Shown here in pieces: positions 1-12,612 of a DNA stretch of 64,000 nt. Position 1 is the stretch's first letter. Every line of letters starts with the position of its first letter. This DNA comes from Lama guanicoe (Eukaryota). Position numbers and translations under genes: made by a program. Below the pieces are notes generated by a model. That model was not told the origin of the DNA, ran no database searches, and worked only from the letters and a program-made list of their open reading frames with translations. The stretch is taken from contig MU054323.1 in NCBI GenBank assembly GCA_013239625.1, positions 3,460,161 through 3,524,160 on the forward strand, given 5' to 3'.

Positions 1-679
1 TTAAATACAGAAAAGGATTTATGAAGAAAGAATACACTGTCAAAATAAGACAAAATAAAAGAATCAGACATCTATCTCATAGTACAAAACAGTAGCCAGA
101 AGTCACTTGTGACTAAACAATTAAAAGTTGGACAGCCTGAATTGAGATATGCTGTTATGTATGTAATTCACCCAGAATTCTGAAGACTTAGCATTAAAAA
201 AAAAACTAAAATACCAATTAGTAATTTAAAAAAAATACTGACTACATTATATACTGGGCTAAATCAAACATAACGTTAAATTAATTTCATCTGTTTTTTT
301 ACTTTTATAATGTGGTTACTAGAATAATCTAAATTACATTATCTGGCTCACGTTCTATTTCTATTGGACAGTGATGATCTTAGAAAGCCTCAGTAAGTCC
401 AGAATGCCTAGAATGCTTATCTCAAAACTAATGACCCCTTAAAGTTGCTTCTTTCAGTTCCAGACGTTAATGACTTTCCATATGCATGTATGGTATATCA
501 GCATTTTACATATTAACATCCAGTTAAACGGTACCAGGAAAGCTCACACCTTATGTAATCACATGCAGATCTATACCAAAAACTACTGAATGTGACAGGT
601 TAGTTTTAGTCTGCTAAGATATCAAATAAGAATTTGAAATTAATGTTTTTTTCACTTCTTAAAATAACGTCTTGAGTAC

Positions 680-683
<4 letters not shown>

Positions 684-710
<27 letters not shown>
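684..710. repeat. (CA)n microsatellite
   Basis: Direct read of about 13-14 CA units. Confidence 0.95.
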
Positions 711-716
<6 letters not shown>

Positions 717-1636
717 CTAAGACTAATTCTTCTGCAGTCATGATAACAGTTACCAGAAGTGGATTTAAAATCATCTAATAGATCAATGATAAATCAGTGA
801 ACTTATTTCTGAAAGTAAAAAAATCAATGGAAGCTTAAAGTTATGAAAGTCAATCAGCCATCAATCCAGTGAACATACTTCTGTGATTGACATCTCCCTG
901 TTTCTGCCTTGGTAACCAACATAAACTATGTCTAAGACTAATTCATTCTTGTCTCTGTAACTAACTCAATCTAAAACAACCTTCCCTCAACATCCTATAG
1001 AAGATGAGCAAATCACTTCACTCATTACGACTGTGCCTAACCAGTACACAACTCTCCCTTACATAAGAAATAAATACAGCTTTGGTTTAAAGAAAATTTT
1101 TTTTCCAGCTTCACTGTGACACAATTGACATGTGACACTGTATACATTTGGTTTTTATTTCAGATTTTGGATGGTGCTGTCAGGCTTTGACAGTTATTAA
1201 TAAGTTCTTTCCAATGCCATCCCACCTTTTTATCCCTCAGCTTGCTTGTACACTTTAACATTGTTAATTAAACTTTACTTTTTAGATACTCATTCTCTCA
1301 AGATTTGCTGAATCTCTTTACCTTGTATTATCCCTGGCCTGGGTATTTATAGCACCTACCCCCAGTTTATTTACTGAGAAGTAACTTTACTTTGCATTGT
1401 CTCTGTGGGTAATGGGATTGATCCCAAGAATAAAGATTTGTGGTTGGTAATACAAGATTTCTGAAACTACAAAACTGAAATGTAAACCAACTATGTGCAG
1501 GAGGGATAAAAGTGTTATCAGACTTAGGTTTTCTCCTGTAGCATTATAGTTAAAAAATAAACTAGCTCTCTGGAAACTTCAGCTCATTCTGGATAAATGT
1601 TTCCATTTTCTGTAGGAACTTCAACCTGCTCAATTA

Positions 1637-1840
<204 letters not shown>

Positions 1841-3069
1841 TTAAAAGGGGAGAAATAATAAATAAAAACATATGTATGATTTTCTTCATAAGGTTAAAAT
1901 AAAAAAACCAAAAACATTTATATTCTAAAACTGGGGGTAGGGGAAGGGGAAAGTGTGTATCATGGTTCAAATTCTTATTAACTAACTGACCTGGGGCATG
2001 TAACACAACCTGACTCTAAGATTCTTCATTTATGAAACAGGTGTATCACCAATGACTTTTGTTAGAATTAAATGTAAATGACTGTACAGTACTAGCACAT
2101 AACAGGCACACAATAAATGTTCAGAGCTAGAACTACTATTGTTCAGTAGTAATTTTTCATTCAATCTTTATTAAAGTACACTATGAGCAAGGGATTCAAG
2201 TGAGGAAGACAGATATAACCTGCCCTCATAAATCACTCCACCTAGTCAGAAAAACAAGTAAAACTGGCAATCAGAATATAGTAAGGGCTATGAGCACAGA
2301 GAGGAGGGGCATCCAATGAGCTTTGGAAGTGGTGGGTAGGATGGAGTGGGGTTGTAGTGTATGAGATAAAATTGGAGTTATAATCAGAATGAAGACTCAT
2401 GAAGAGCTTCTTGAGTCATGCTAAGTGGTTTGTACTTTACCCTGAAAGTAAAACAATGAAGAGTTTTAAGCAGAAGAGTAAGCAGAATATGTGAGCCTAA
2501 CATATGACAATATAGATTTAGTAAAGGCTAAGAAATTTTTTTAAATATTCATTTGCAGTACTTATTAAAAAGAGAGGAAAACTGCTAGCATTGAGCAAGA
2601 ATCAGTACGTATACCTTTTACCCTACGGTACTAAAAAATTACTTTGAAAGTGTACTGCCAGAATTTCCTCTTCTGGAAAATAACTGTGATAAGTACAACG
2701 CAAGGAAGTAACTAAAATGTGTTTAAAGTTAAAGAAGCTCAAAAATACTCAGGTTTAAAAGATGGTGAGGGGTTTTGGGCATAAAAGCAGGTGGACATAA
2801 AGCAACTTTTGAAAAAAGTATTCAAAAGGACCATTTATCTTAAAAGTCTAGGCCTTAAAATCAAGACATAGAAACTCATTTCTAACTATATTATGTCGGC
2901 TTTCATATTTTTTGACTGTGAGCCACAATGTGAAATGTATTTCATATGAACCTAGTATCCATATACACACATAAGCCACAAACAAAAATCTCAAAATATT
3001 TATCCTTACAAAGTTTCAATCCACTCCATTTTCTACTTAATTTTTCTCTTCATTAATTTCTAAATTATT

Positions 3070-3226
3070 GGGGGGAAGGTGTGGCTCAGAGGTAGAGCAC
3101 GTGCTTATTTAGCATGCACGAGGTCCTGGGGGTTCAATCCCCAGCACCTCCATTAAGAAATAAATAAATAAACCTAATCACCCCACCACCACCAAAAAAG
3201 AAAATAAAAAATTTAAATAAATAAAG
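3070..3226 (+). mobile_element. tRNA-derived SINE (camelid Vic-1-like)
   Basis: A-box TGGCTCAGAGG, B-box GGTTCAATCC, (AAAT)n/A-rich tail; imperfect TSD ttctaaattatt / ttctgaattatt. Confidence 0.85.
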
Positions 3227-5789
3227 TTCTGAATTATTCTAAAAAATACTGGCCACAACTCACAACACTGATTTCATGCTCAGGCACAACAAAACCATTG
3301 GAAAAATCTGCTTTTTTAATAAAAAAAAGTAAGAACTAAAGAGGGTTCAAACAAAATCCTTGCACTACTTAAAAATCCATTTGCTCAAAGCTGCATTCTT
3401 AGCTATGCCCTATGTCAAAGGTTTCAAGATTTCCCTCTGTTTCCTCTATCATGATTATCTCTAAGACAAGAATAGAGAAAGATGTATTGATATCCATGTT
3501 CTACTCCTATCACTACAAATCGAAAAGTCAGGACCTAGTTTTATATTCTATATTTTTATGATTAAAAAAGACTGCTTTTAAAAACACAAATAGTATTGAA
3601 GTATATAAAGTGGAAAGCCAAAGTTCTCATATAATCTTTACTGACAGCAGGCTTACATATAACCTTTAAACTTTTTTTCAATTTTAGAAAAGATCTTAAT
3701 ATAGCTCTCTCCGTATTTACATTACAAATCAGGTAAAACGTAGCAAGGTTTCAAATACTTGAAATACAAAGAATTAGTCTGAGCTAATGGATATATATTA
3801 AACCTTCTATCGAAAATAATGAAGAAAAACTTATTTAAGCCCACGTTTCACTCAGAAATATTTACAACAGATTAGACACCAAACAATGTTAGTGTGTATA
3901 TGCATAAATACGTATATTTTGCACGTATATACACATGTTTGAATCTACATGTTTATATATGTACATATGTATAAATACATCTCCTTCTAAATTAAAAAAA
4001 TATTTTTTAATATATATACACAAACACACACTCATACATTTTACATTCTAGGGTATAAAGGTACTTTAATATGCTTTTTTCACTTGTCAATTAACCAGAG
4101 ATTCCTTTCTATGTCAATAGCTATCTATCTAGTTCATTCTTTTTAATAGCTGCACAGTATGTATTCTACCATACAAAAGGAACATGATTTAACCAGTCTA
4201 CTACAGATACATATTTAGATGATTCACAACCTTTTGCTATAAGTAAATAATGCTATTATTCCTTAATTAACAGATCCCTGCATTATCATCATATCCTTAT
4301 GAAAATTCATTTGAATGACAAATACATATATATAAATTCTTGACCCACATTTCCAGATTACCCTCCAGGAAAAGTTGTACCAATTTATATTCTCATTATG
4401 AGTATATGAGAATACCATTCACATTCCTACCAAGGTAGGACATTATCAAACATTTTAAATAGTTGTCAATGTGGGGTAAAATAAAGCACTAACAAATTTT
4501 TTACTTTAATCTATGGTTTTCTGGCTATCGAAGAGACAAAACATATCAAGTATTTTCTACCTTTATTTTTCTCATTAAAACTTTTAATCCACCAGGAATA
4601 GAACCCAATTATCTCCAACCTATTTTCCAAAGATATTCTTTTACAATTAATTTGATTAATCACTAATTTGATCAAGATTAAAATCATCCTACCACTGCAC
4701 CCCAAACACATGACCACCCACTTCAGACTTTTTGTCTACAGATCTATCTGTATATTTTGACACCAGTGCCACACTATTTTCAGCACTTTAACAGTTGTTT
4801 TAAAATACAGTTGGGTAAATCCCTCTCTCACTTCAGTGTTCTATTTGTTTTCTGGTTTCACTTTTCTGAAACAAAGATCAAAAACAAACTTTCAAATTCC
4901 ACCCCCTCCCAAAAAAATCTGTTGGGATTCTAATCAATACATTAAGTCCATAATGTAATTCAGGAAAAACTTGACATCTTTATAATATTGAGTTTCCCCC
5001 AACCACAAAAGGTATGTGTCCTCATTTATATAACTTTTCAGAAAAAGTTTTCAGTTTTCTTTACATATGCCTCGCACATCTTTATTAACTCCTTACTCCA
5101 CAGCTTCTAATACATCCTGATTACTGTGAGTATATTTCTGTGTTATGAGAGTTCCAGTTTCATCTTCCAGTTCATTATATCTAGGTAATAGCTAGTTAAT
5201 TATGCAGCCCACCTATGTCTTTTTATTTATAAGATTCTGAAATGATCCGTTTTCACACTGTTTTGTTGTTCTAAAACCTCTGATCTTTGATGGCTTTAGT
5301 CCTTTATCTGTTAATATTCTAAACATACATTTTAAAGTTCTCAGAGCTTCAAAGTTCTCTTATTTCTACATCTTGAGCATAAACTCTTATTTGTTGTAAG
5401 ACTGTCTTTTGACTGCTTTTTGTTTGCACTGTAATTTGTTTAAAACACTATCTTAAATGAGAGATTCTCTTACACTTACTCATTACAACTACCACTACAC
5501 ACCATAAGGTCAAGTCTCTAAACCAAGTCTTTATCAGTGGCCTGGGGGTCTAACCCTCCAACCCCAATCCCGACAATGTGCAGGTCCTCTATTTATCCCG
5601 CTTGCAGCCCTCTGCAGGCCACGTGGTTCATTTCTAATTTACTCCTATGGATCACCTCTCAATTTCTCGTGCTGTTAAAATTCCCCACCCATCAAAACAA
5701 CCCTGCCTTTTCCTTTTCTCTCTCTCCCCATTTTGAAAGTGGATGTGTATTTCAAAACACAAATCATAGTATCTGTCTATAATCTCCTT

Positions 5790-6362
5790 CTGGCCCAGCC
5801 CATGAACCAAGTCTAGCCTACTACCTATTTTTGTATGAACTAGCTAAGAACAATTTAAACATTTTTAAATGGTTGAAAATAATAATAATTTGTAACAAAT
5901 GAAAATTATACAAAATTAAATTACAGTGTCCCCCAGTAAAGCTTTATAGAACACAGTCATATTCACGTATGTACTGCCTAAGACCACTTTGTGGTATAAC
6001 AGCAGGGTTGAATAGTTGTAACTGAAACCATACAGCTTGCAAAAATTTAAAACATTTGCTATTTGGGACTTTACAGAAAAAGTTTGTCAACCCCCATTCT
6101 AGAATATGTACTATCCACTATGGTAATTACTACCACATACAACTATTTAAAATGTGACTAGTCTAAACTGAAATCTGCTGAAAGTGGGAAAATGCACATC
6201 TGATTTTAAAGACTTTATATGAACATAATGTAAAATTTCTTATTAGTAAGTTTTATATTGGTTATATTTGAAATGATATTTTGGATATAACTGGTTAAAT
6301 AAAGTATGTGGCTACTAAAGAATTTAAAATTCTATGCTGCGCAATATTGCAATTGGACAGTG
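5790..6362. mobile_element. Adjacent hAT-Charlie relics (MER58-like then MER3/MER33-like)
   Basis: Ends tttacagaaaaagtttgtcaacccc and ttggacagtg typical of these families. A similar MER3/33-like copy lies at about 85-372. Confidence 0.6.
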
Positions 6363-6569
6363 ATCTTCTAAATGAACTATCAGCCAGTCAAGAGGTGACT
6401 TGGCAAACTTGGATAAAAGGACTGATAATCAATAATAAGTATGTTTAATTGTGGAACAAAGATGAAAAGATGGGATCAATTTTGGTAAACTGTGCTTTCT
6501 AAAAAATATTTTCATTTTATTCAGGTTTTCAAAATTTAGTTGTGTAATTTTCCAGATGGCTTCACAAAG

Positions 6570-7310
6570 AAGTTCTGAGTTCTGCCAAATCTTTAAAGAT
6601 CATGTAAGTCCAATGTAATTTAAAATACTTCTAAGGCATTAAAAAAGGGAACATTTCTAAATTATTTTTATGAAGTATACTGGTATCAAAATCTGACAAA
6701 AAATGCAAAAATGAACACACACAAACATAAAGACTAATTTCACTTATACGTAAGTGAAAAATCCTAAATAAAACATCAGCAAATTAAAAGAGCTCATTAA
6801 ATAATTATACACAATTCTTTTAAATTCTAAGAATGCAGGTATGATTCGATTATTTAGAAAATCATTCATAAAATTTAGTAAATACTAATAAAGGGCTTTC
6901 ATAGGTACCAATTTAAAGACATAAAGACAGGAAGGCATTTACAATGACTGCAAAAGATAAAATACCAAAGAACAAACTTATCAAGAAATATGCAAACTTA
7001 CAAGAAAATCTTAAAGCACTTACGAACAACACAAAGCAGACTTGAACAAAAGTAAAGATATATGAGGTCCTGTATAAGAATACTTAATGTCATAAAGATG
7101 TCAACTTTCCTGAGTTAATTTAAAATTTTAACCTGATCTGTGAATAAGAGGATTCTAAAGTTCATATGAAAAAGCATCTAAGAATAAAAGATTTAAAACT
7201 CCCAAAAGAAGAGTAATAATGGATATCCTAGTCTTCCACATATAAAACACACCGTAAGAGCTCAAAAAATAAAAGGTATTATACTGGCCCATGGGTAGAC
7301 AGAAATCAGT
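6570..7310 (+). mobile_element. Ancient LINE-1 ORF2 fragments
   Basis: Degenerate A-rich L1 ORF2-like segments; boundaries approximate. Confidence 0.6.
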
Positions 7311-8332
7311 CCATCTCTAACAATGAGAAAGAAGGACTATGTCTAGGGATAAAGTTGGGGGAAAGAGGGAAAAACAGGTCCACAGTGCAGGCTGCTATTA
7401 GAAGTCATCTAGAAATGTTGTGGTCATCTTTGATTAAAACTGAAAATTTGGGACCTAGGAAGCTTCTTGGATTGAGAAAGAACAACACAAAGTTAAAAGA
7501 ATAGAACCAACTTAGTATATTTTTCCAGTGCCACAATCCCCACCCTGATGTTGAGAGTATTCACAACTTCTCCAACTAGGAAATCAAGGTCAGCCAAAAT
7601 CAGGTGTAAAAATGGTTACATGAATTTACACACATGATAAAATGACATAAATCTATACACATTTATCAATGTCACAGACCTGGCTTTAGTACCGTACAAT
7701 AACTATGTAAGATATAGCCACTGAGGGAAAACTAAGTGGGGAATCTCTTTGTACTCTCCTTGCAACTTCATGTAGTATCAGTATTTTTCAAAATAACAAG
7801 TTAAAAAACAAACAAAATACCCCAACCTCGGACACACAGTACTAATGCCTGAGCTCTAGCAGTAACAAATAGGTAATTGCAATAATTCACATTATAGTAA
7901 AGACTAAAAGTCAAAGACCAAATAGCTTAATGAAATATAAGGAAGAAAATATTTAAATATTTTCTTGGGATTCCTACTTACAAACCATTTTAAAAATAAA
8001 CATCCTGACTTGATAATGAACACCCATAACTACATCTAAATTTCCAAGTGTGTTACTCTCTTAACTTCCTCACAGTGAGGAAAAAAAACTTATGTGCTGA
8101 CTGCTTTCAAAAAGTTATAGATTTTTATTTCACCAAAGATACAAGAAAAATTAAACAGTTCTTCCCTAGTTAATCTTTACTCTTGCCATGTAATCTACTG
8201 CTATTTGATCTTAATGAGATGTTTCAAAACGTAATGAAATAACACCATTCAGTAAATGAAAATGAAACATTCTAAATACTGTAACAAGATTTTCTAACAA
8301 TGTAATTAAAATGGTAACTTATAAAGACTCAC

Positions 8333-8426
8333 CTATATGTGGCTGCTGAGCTGTGGCTAATGCATATTGCTGCTGTTGAGCTGCAGTTAACTGCTGAACT
8401 GTTAGTGCATTAGTCCTCTGAAAGAG
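8333..8426 (-). CDS. PUM2: PUM2 coding exon 6 (94 nt)
   Basis: [31 protein letters not shown] plus 1 nt; TAG acceptor, G|GTGAGT donor. Confidence 0.97.
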
Positions 8427-8670
8427 CTATTAAGAAAAATATTCAACACAAAGATTAGTCTCAAAGCATTTCATTTCTGTTTAGAAAGCTGAGAAAAGAA
8501 TATTTAAAATATTTATTTCAATCACTTTTCTCAAATACAAGGACGTTTTATTCAATGAAGCAGTAGGTGTTCAAGTATACCCCTATGATTCATGTCAATG
8601 CCGTAACAGCACTTTAGGCTAACCAGTACACATTTAAGAGGAACTTCTTTAAAGGATGGACATGCTTTAC

Positions 8671-8938
8671 CTGCTGTTGGGAACTGTAGTCAAAAAGGCC
8701 TACAGTAGCTCCTGAAGAGTCCATTGGTACCTGATTACCAGGATAGTCAAACTGTAAGGAATCTAGACCAACTTGTTCCATGGCATCCAGATTCTGAGTT
8801 TCCGGATTTGAAAATTCTTCAACAAGTGGTTTATTAGCTGTAGGATTAGGAAGAGGCCCCAATCCTTCTGGGGGATTAGCTGGGCCCAAGCGCTCAACTA
8901 CTTCAGTTGGAGAGGCTTGACGACTTCCAGGAGTACGA
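8671..8938 (-). CDS. PUM2: PUM2 coding exon 5 (268 nt)
   Basis: (N)[92 protein letters not shown] acceptor, CAG|GTAAAG donor. Confidence 0.98.
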
Positions 8939-10668
8939 CTATATAAAGAAAACAGAAAGGCATGGTGAATAAAAGTACCAAGTCAGTCAAAGTGAAATGG
9001 GAAAATAGGAAAATCATGGAAAACAAATGGTTGTAAAATACAAAGGGCAAATCAGGTACCCAAGGTCCCTAGTCATTTCACTTTATCATTTTTTTTTCTG
9101 TCTAATCTAGCTTCCTCTTAAGAACATAGTTTCATTTTTTAAAAATATTATTAGTGACCACTGCCGCCAATTTGAACAGTATAATTCAATCTTACAGATA
9201 AGAAAATTGGCCAATATCACAATTTAGGCTTAGACTACCTGAAACTTTCTTCTCAAATCAGACAATATGAATGGTAGGTTATGACTAGCAAAATATCAAG
9301 AGACAAATATGGGAACGCTCAAAATCAAAACCCATCTACCATACTCCCATCTTGCCCACCAGCAAATAATTGCTCTAACATCTTGCTGAATATTTCAGGA
9401 AAAAAAGTGACCACGAACAATCATTAAGGGCATAAAATATAGGATGTAACAGAAAAGGGTGGTAAACCAAGACAAAAAGCTGACTCCTGACTCTTATCTT
9501 TTCAATGAAAAGTATAATTATACACGTAAAGAAAGCAACTTTCTCTACTGACTAGCCTTCTTAATTTTCCCAAGAAATTTATTAACATTAGACTAAATTT
9601 AAACATTCACTCTTCTCTTTTTATCAACACCCTTCATGGTCTATATTTTATTTTCACCTTATTTCTAGACATAATTGATCCTCATTTACATTCTCTTTTC
9701 TTCTACAGAAATATAAGATCCTTTCCCTTACAAGAAATAAGTATGTTTTGAGGAACCATGAGTTCATAATATACTCAAATATAAGTACATTAAATAAATG
9801 GCAATAACTACTTTACCTGGCTTTCAATGCCAGCTGTTACACCTACATAACTCTGCCCGCAACTTCAGGTGCTTCACATAGGGATACATTTGCTAACATG
9901 TATAGAGCATTTTACAAAGCAATTACTTCATTATAAAAACTGTTTTCTAGATATTTAGGTGGACTTATATTTTATTTAAAAACCAATCACTGTCTTTGTA
10001 AAATCAGAACAAGTTTCAAACTCCTTTCTCCGTTTATCCATACCTAGTTTTTCATGTGACTATTCCAAAGGCTTATTTTTCACTTAGAATATATGGGAAG
10101 AATAAAACTGAAGGATCTTCTTTAAAATCACCCAATTAAAAACAAAAAACAGTCTGATACAGTTATTTCATTCCTTTTAGTTCTACTCCAGTAATGCATG
10201 TATGTTGATAATGTATCAGTTAATATATGTAATAATGGTGTGCTAGCACAGTCACCCTATGACCACACCTATTAGTTTGAAATGTTTTTATATTGTTGAA
10301 GACAACGCTGTAACTAAAATTAATTTAGAAACAATTTTAAAATATATACTCCAAACTTAACAATAAAATCAGAATGCTATTGAATGTAAAGTTCATATTA
10401 ATATGCAGAAGTATAGCCCTTCATACAAAACAATTCTAATACAGCAAAAAGTAGAGGATATAATAGAAAAGACATTATGCTATCAGTGGTGCTATTTTCT
10501 TGCTATAGTTAACGGTGTATTAACACTTCAATTATAAATGTATACACTGAAGGGTTTATAATTAACTCAGTTTTAAATGCATACTCTAAACTAAAACATA
10601 GATTAAGTAACAGCACAAGAGCAAAATCAGGATAAGGTTCTGAAACTAACTGAATAGCATTAATTGAA

Positions 10669-10766
10669 TTTTTTTTTTTTTAACACTCCTTAACGGAGGC
10701 ACTGGGGATCGAACCCAGGACCTCTGGCACGCCAAGCACGTGCTCTACCACTGAGCTATACTTCCC
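10669..10766 (-). mobile_element. tRNA-derived SINE (Vic-1-like)
   Basis: Reverse complement reads GGGAAGTATAGCTCAGTGGTAGAGCACGTGCTTGGC...GGTTCGATCCCCAG followed by poly(A). Confidence 0.85.
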
Positions 10767-11688
10767 ACTCCCTAAATTTATTTCTTGTCAAGAGGTTTAC
10801 TGGTTTTGGATGCTTTTTTGCAGTTAAAACAGATACAAATAGCACTGTTTTTTAAGAAGCATTGTTACTCTGCTTTTGATAATTAAAAGCAATAAATGTA
10901 AAAATATACTACCCATAGGTAACTGCAACTCACTTAACTGAGATTCCATGGTTCACAATATCTCAAAGAAACAGCTCATTTTCAGGTAGGCCCCATATGA
11001 AGAAATATGAAGAAACAACTCCCTAATGTTTAGATAAATGTGCACTGCCTAAACTAAGACCAAAGACTAGAAGAAATATGTATTTAATTGCCATAAAGAG
11101 ACAGTAAAAAATCTACAACTTAAAAATTCTGAACTTAAAACTAATTTTTTGAAGTCTCCAGTATGCTCCCCCCTTTCCTAATTTCAGGAATATTAATATT
11201 AGCACAAACTCATATATTGTAAGAAGAAAGGTCACAGTTTCTAAGCTAATTATGTTTCTTTATTTCAAAGAATAAGAGTTAAAGTGGGGACAGGGGTAGT
11301 AAGAAGAAACTCTATAGAAAGGTGCTCAAGAGCAACCACAAAGAGTCTGCCAAGGAAGATCACAGATTTAATCTAAAATTCACTAAATTTTAGTAGGGAG
11401 GAAACAGTTAAAATTTAGACTAACATATTAGCAGAAAGGTAACAGCAGCTTCTAACATTACTCCTTCAAAGGAATGTACTGTTTGAGAGACTTCTGAATT
11501 AAAAAAAAAAGGTAAATAATCATTAATATTCCTTACCAAAAAATCTAAATCTTCCTCCACATTAATACAAGGTACAAAGGGAAATAAAATAAACCAAAAT
11601 TGGAAAAATGTCTAAATCAGGCATATCAGCTAGTAGTAATAATCCCTAAAGATATATGCTTTTCTTCTTGAGAAAGTTAAAATCTTAC

Positions 11689-11858
11689 TTAAAATCTTTG
11701 CAATCGGCATCCATTCCATTTGGCAAACCTCTGCCATTTATTTTAGAATCATCATCATCTCCTTGTTTAAGATCTCTGTTTTGGTCCTCCTCAAATGGAG
11801 AAGCCTTGCCTTTTTGATCTCCTTTCTCAGGTCCATCTGTTTCAGCATCTCTAGTGCC
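11689..11858 (-). CDS. PUM2: PUM2 coding exon 4 (170 nt)
   Basis: GTRDAETDGPEKGDQKGKASPFEEDQNRDLKQGDDDDSKINGRGLPNGMDADCKDF plus 2 nt; CAG acceptor, AA|GTAAGA donor. Confidence 0.97.
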
Positions 11859-12424
11859 CTGAGGAAAAAGAATCTGTTTGATTCTGAATATTTAATAGAA
11901 CACACAAAAAGGCACCATAAGGTGATCTAAAACTACACTATAGTGCATGTAGACAACAAAAGCATTGAATCTTATTTTAATTTCGTAGTCGACTAATTTA
12001 TCAAAGACCAAAAATTTTGAGTACAAACCAGTGATTTATAACAGAAGGGCTAAGGCAACCTTAACTATAGCGGTGCTAGGAAAGCAGTAACACCACAAAT
12101 GCGATTAAAATTCTACTTAATGCATGGATGATTTTGTTTCATTACTTTCATATCAAGCACTACCACGAATAAGCAATTTTAATCTTGCAAATTATGTTTT
12201 TTAATTAACATTTTTTTGGGGGGGTAACATGGCTAAAATTATAAATATTCCCAGTGGTTCTATCATTTTATGTATTTCAAAATGTGGCCAAAAGAAAACA
12301 AGAGCACCAACAGCTGCAAAATTTTCTTTAGCTCTAGGAAGGGTCAGAAAAAGAAACTGACTATAAAAGATAACCAGATAACCATCCAGCAATTAAAAAA
12401 TATTTCTTCATTCAAAATACTTAC

Positions 12425-12612
12425 AAAAGTTCCCTTCCTAAATCGAGAATCCAATTTATCAGCAGGAGAAGAACTTAATACATATTCTACCATGCTCACA
12501 CCAAGGCCTCCACTTTCTGATCGCGGAGACAGTATTGCATTTACTTCACTGTTTCCATGAAAACCCTGTCCAGATCTTCTCTGTACCATGATAGGCTGGG
12601 ACATTGAATGGT
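12425..12612 (-). CDS. PUM2: PUM2 coding exon 3 (188 nt)
   Basis: (H)[65 protein letters not shown] acceptor, TTT|GTAAGT donor; phase fits neighbouring exons. Confidence 0.98.

Noticed and set aside
3070..3150. tRNA-like sequences (also 10695-10766, 33320-33395, 60856-60930)
   Set aside because: A/B boxes are followed by A-rich tails and TSDs, and the stems are degenerate. These are SINEs, not tRNA genes.
3890..4035. Pumilio response element-like TGTANATA matches in introns (autoregulation)
   Set aside because: They fall in TA/CA low-complexity tracts where matches are expected by chance, and known PUM regulation acts on mature mRNA 3' UTRs.
9811..9950. Donor-like CAG|GTAAAG at 9817 (cryptic exon)
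   Set aside because: No convincing pyrimidine tract or acceptor upstream.
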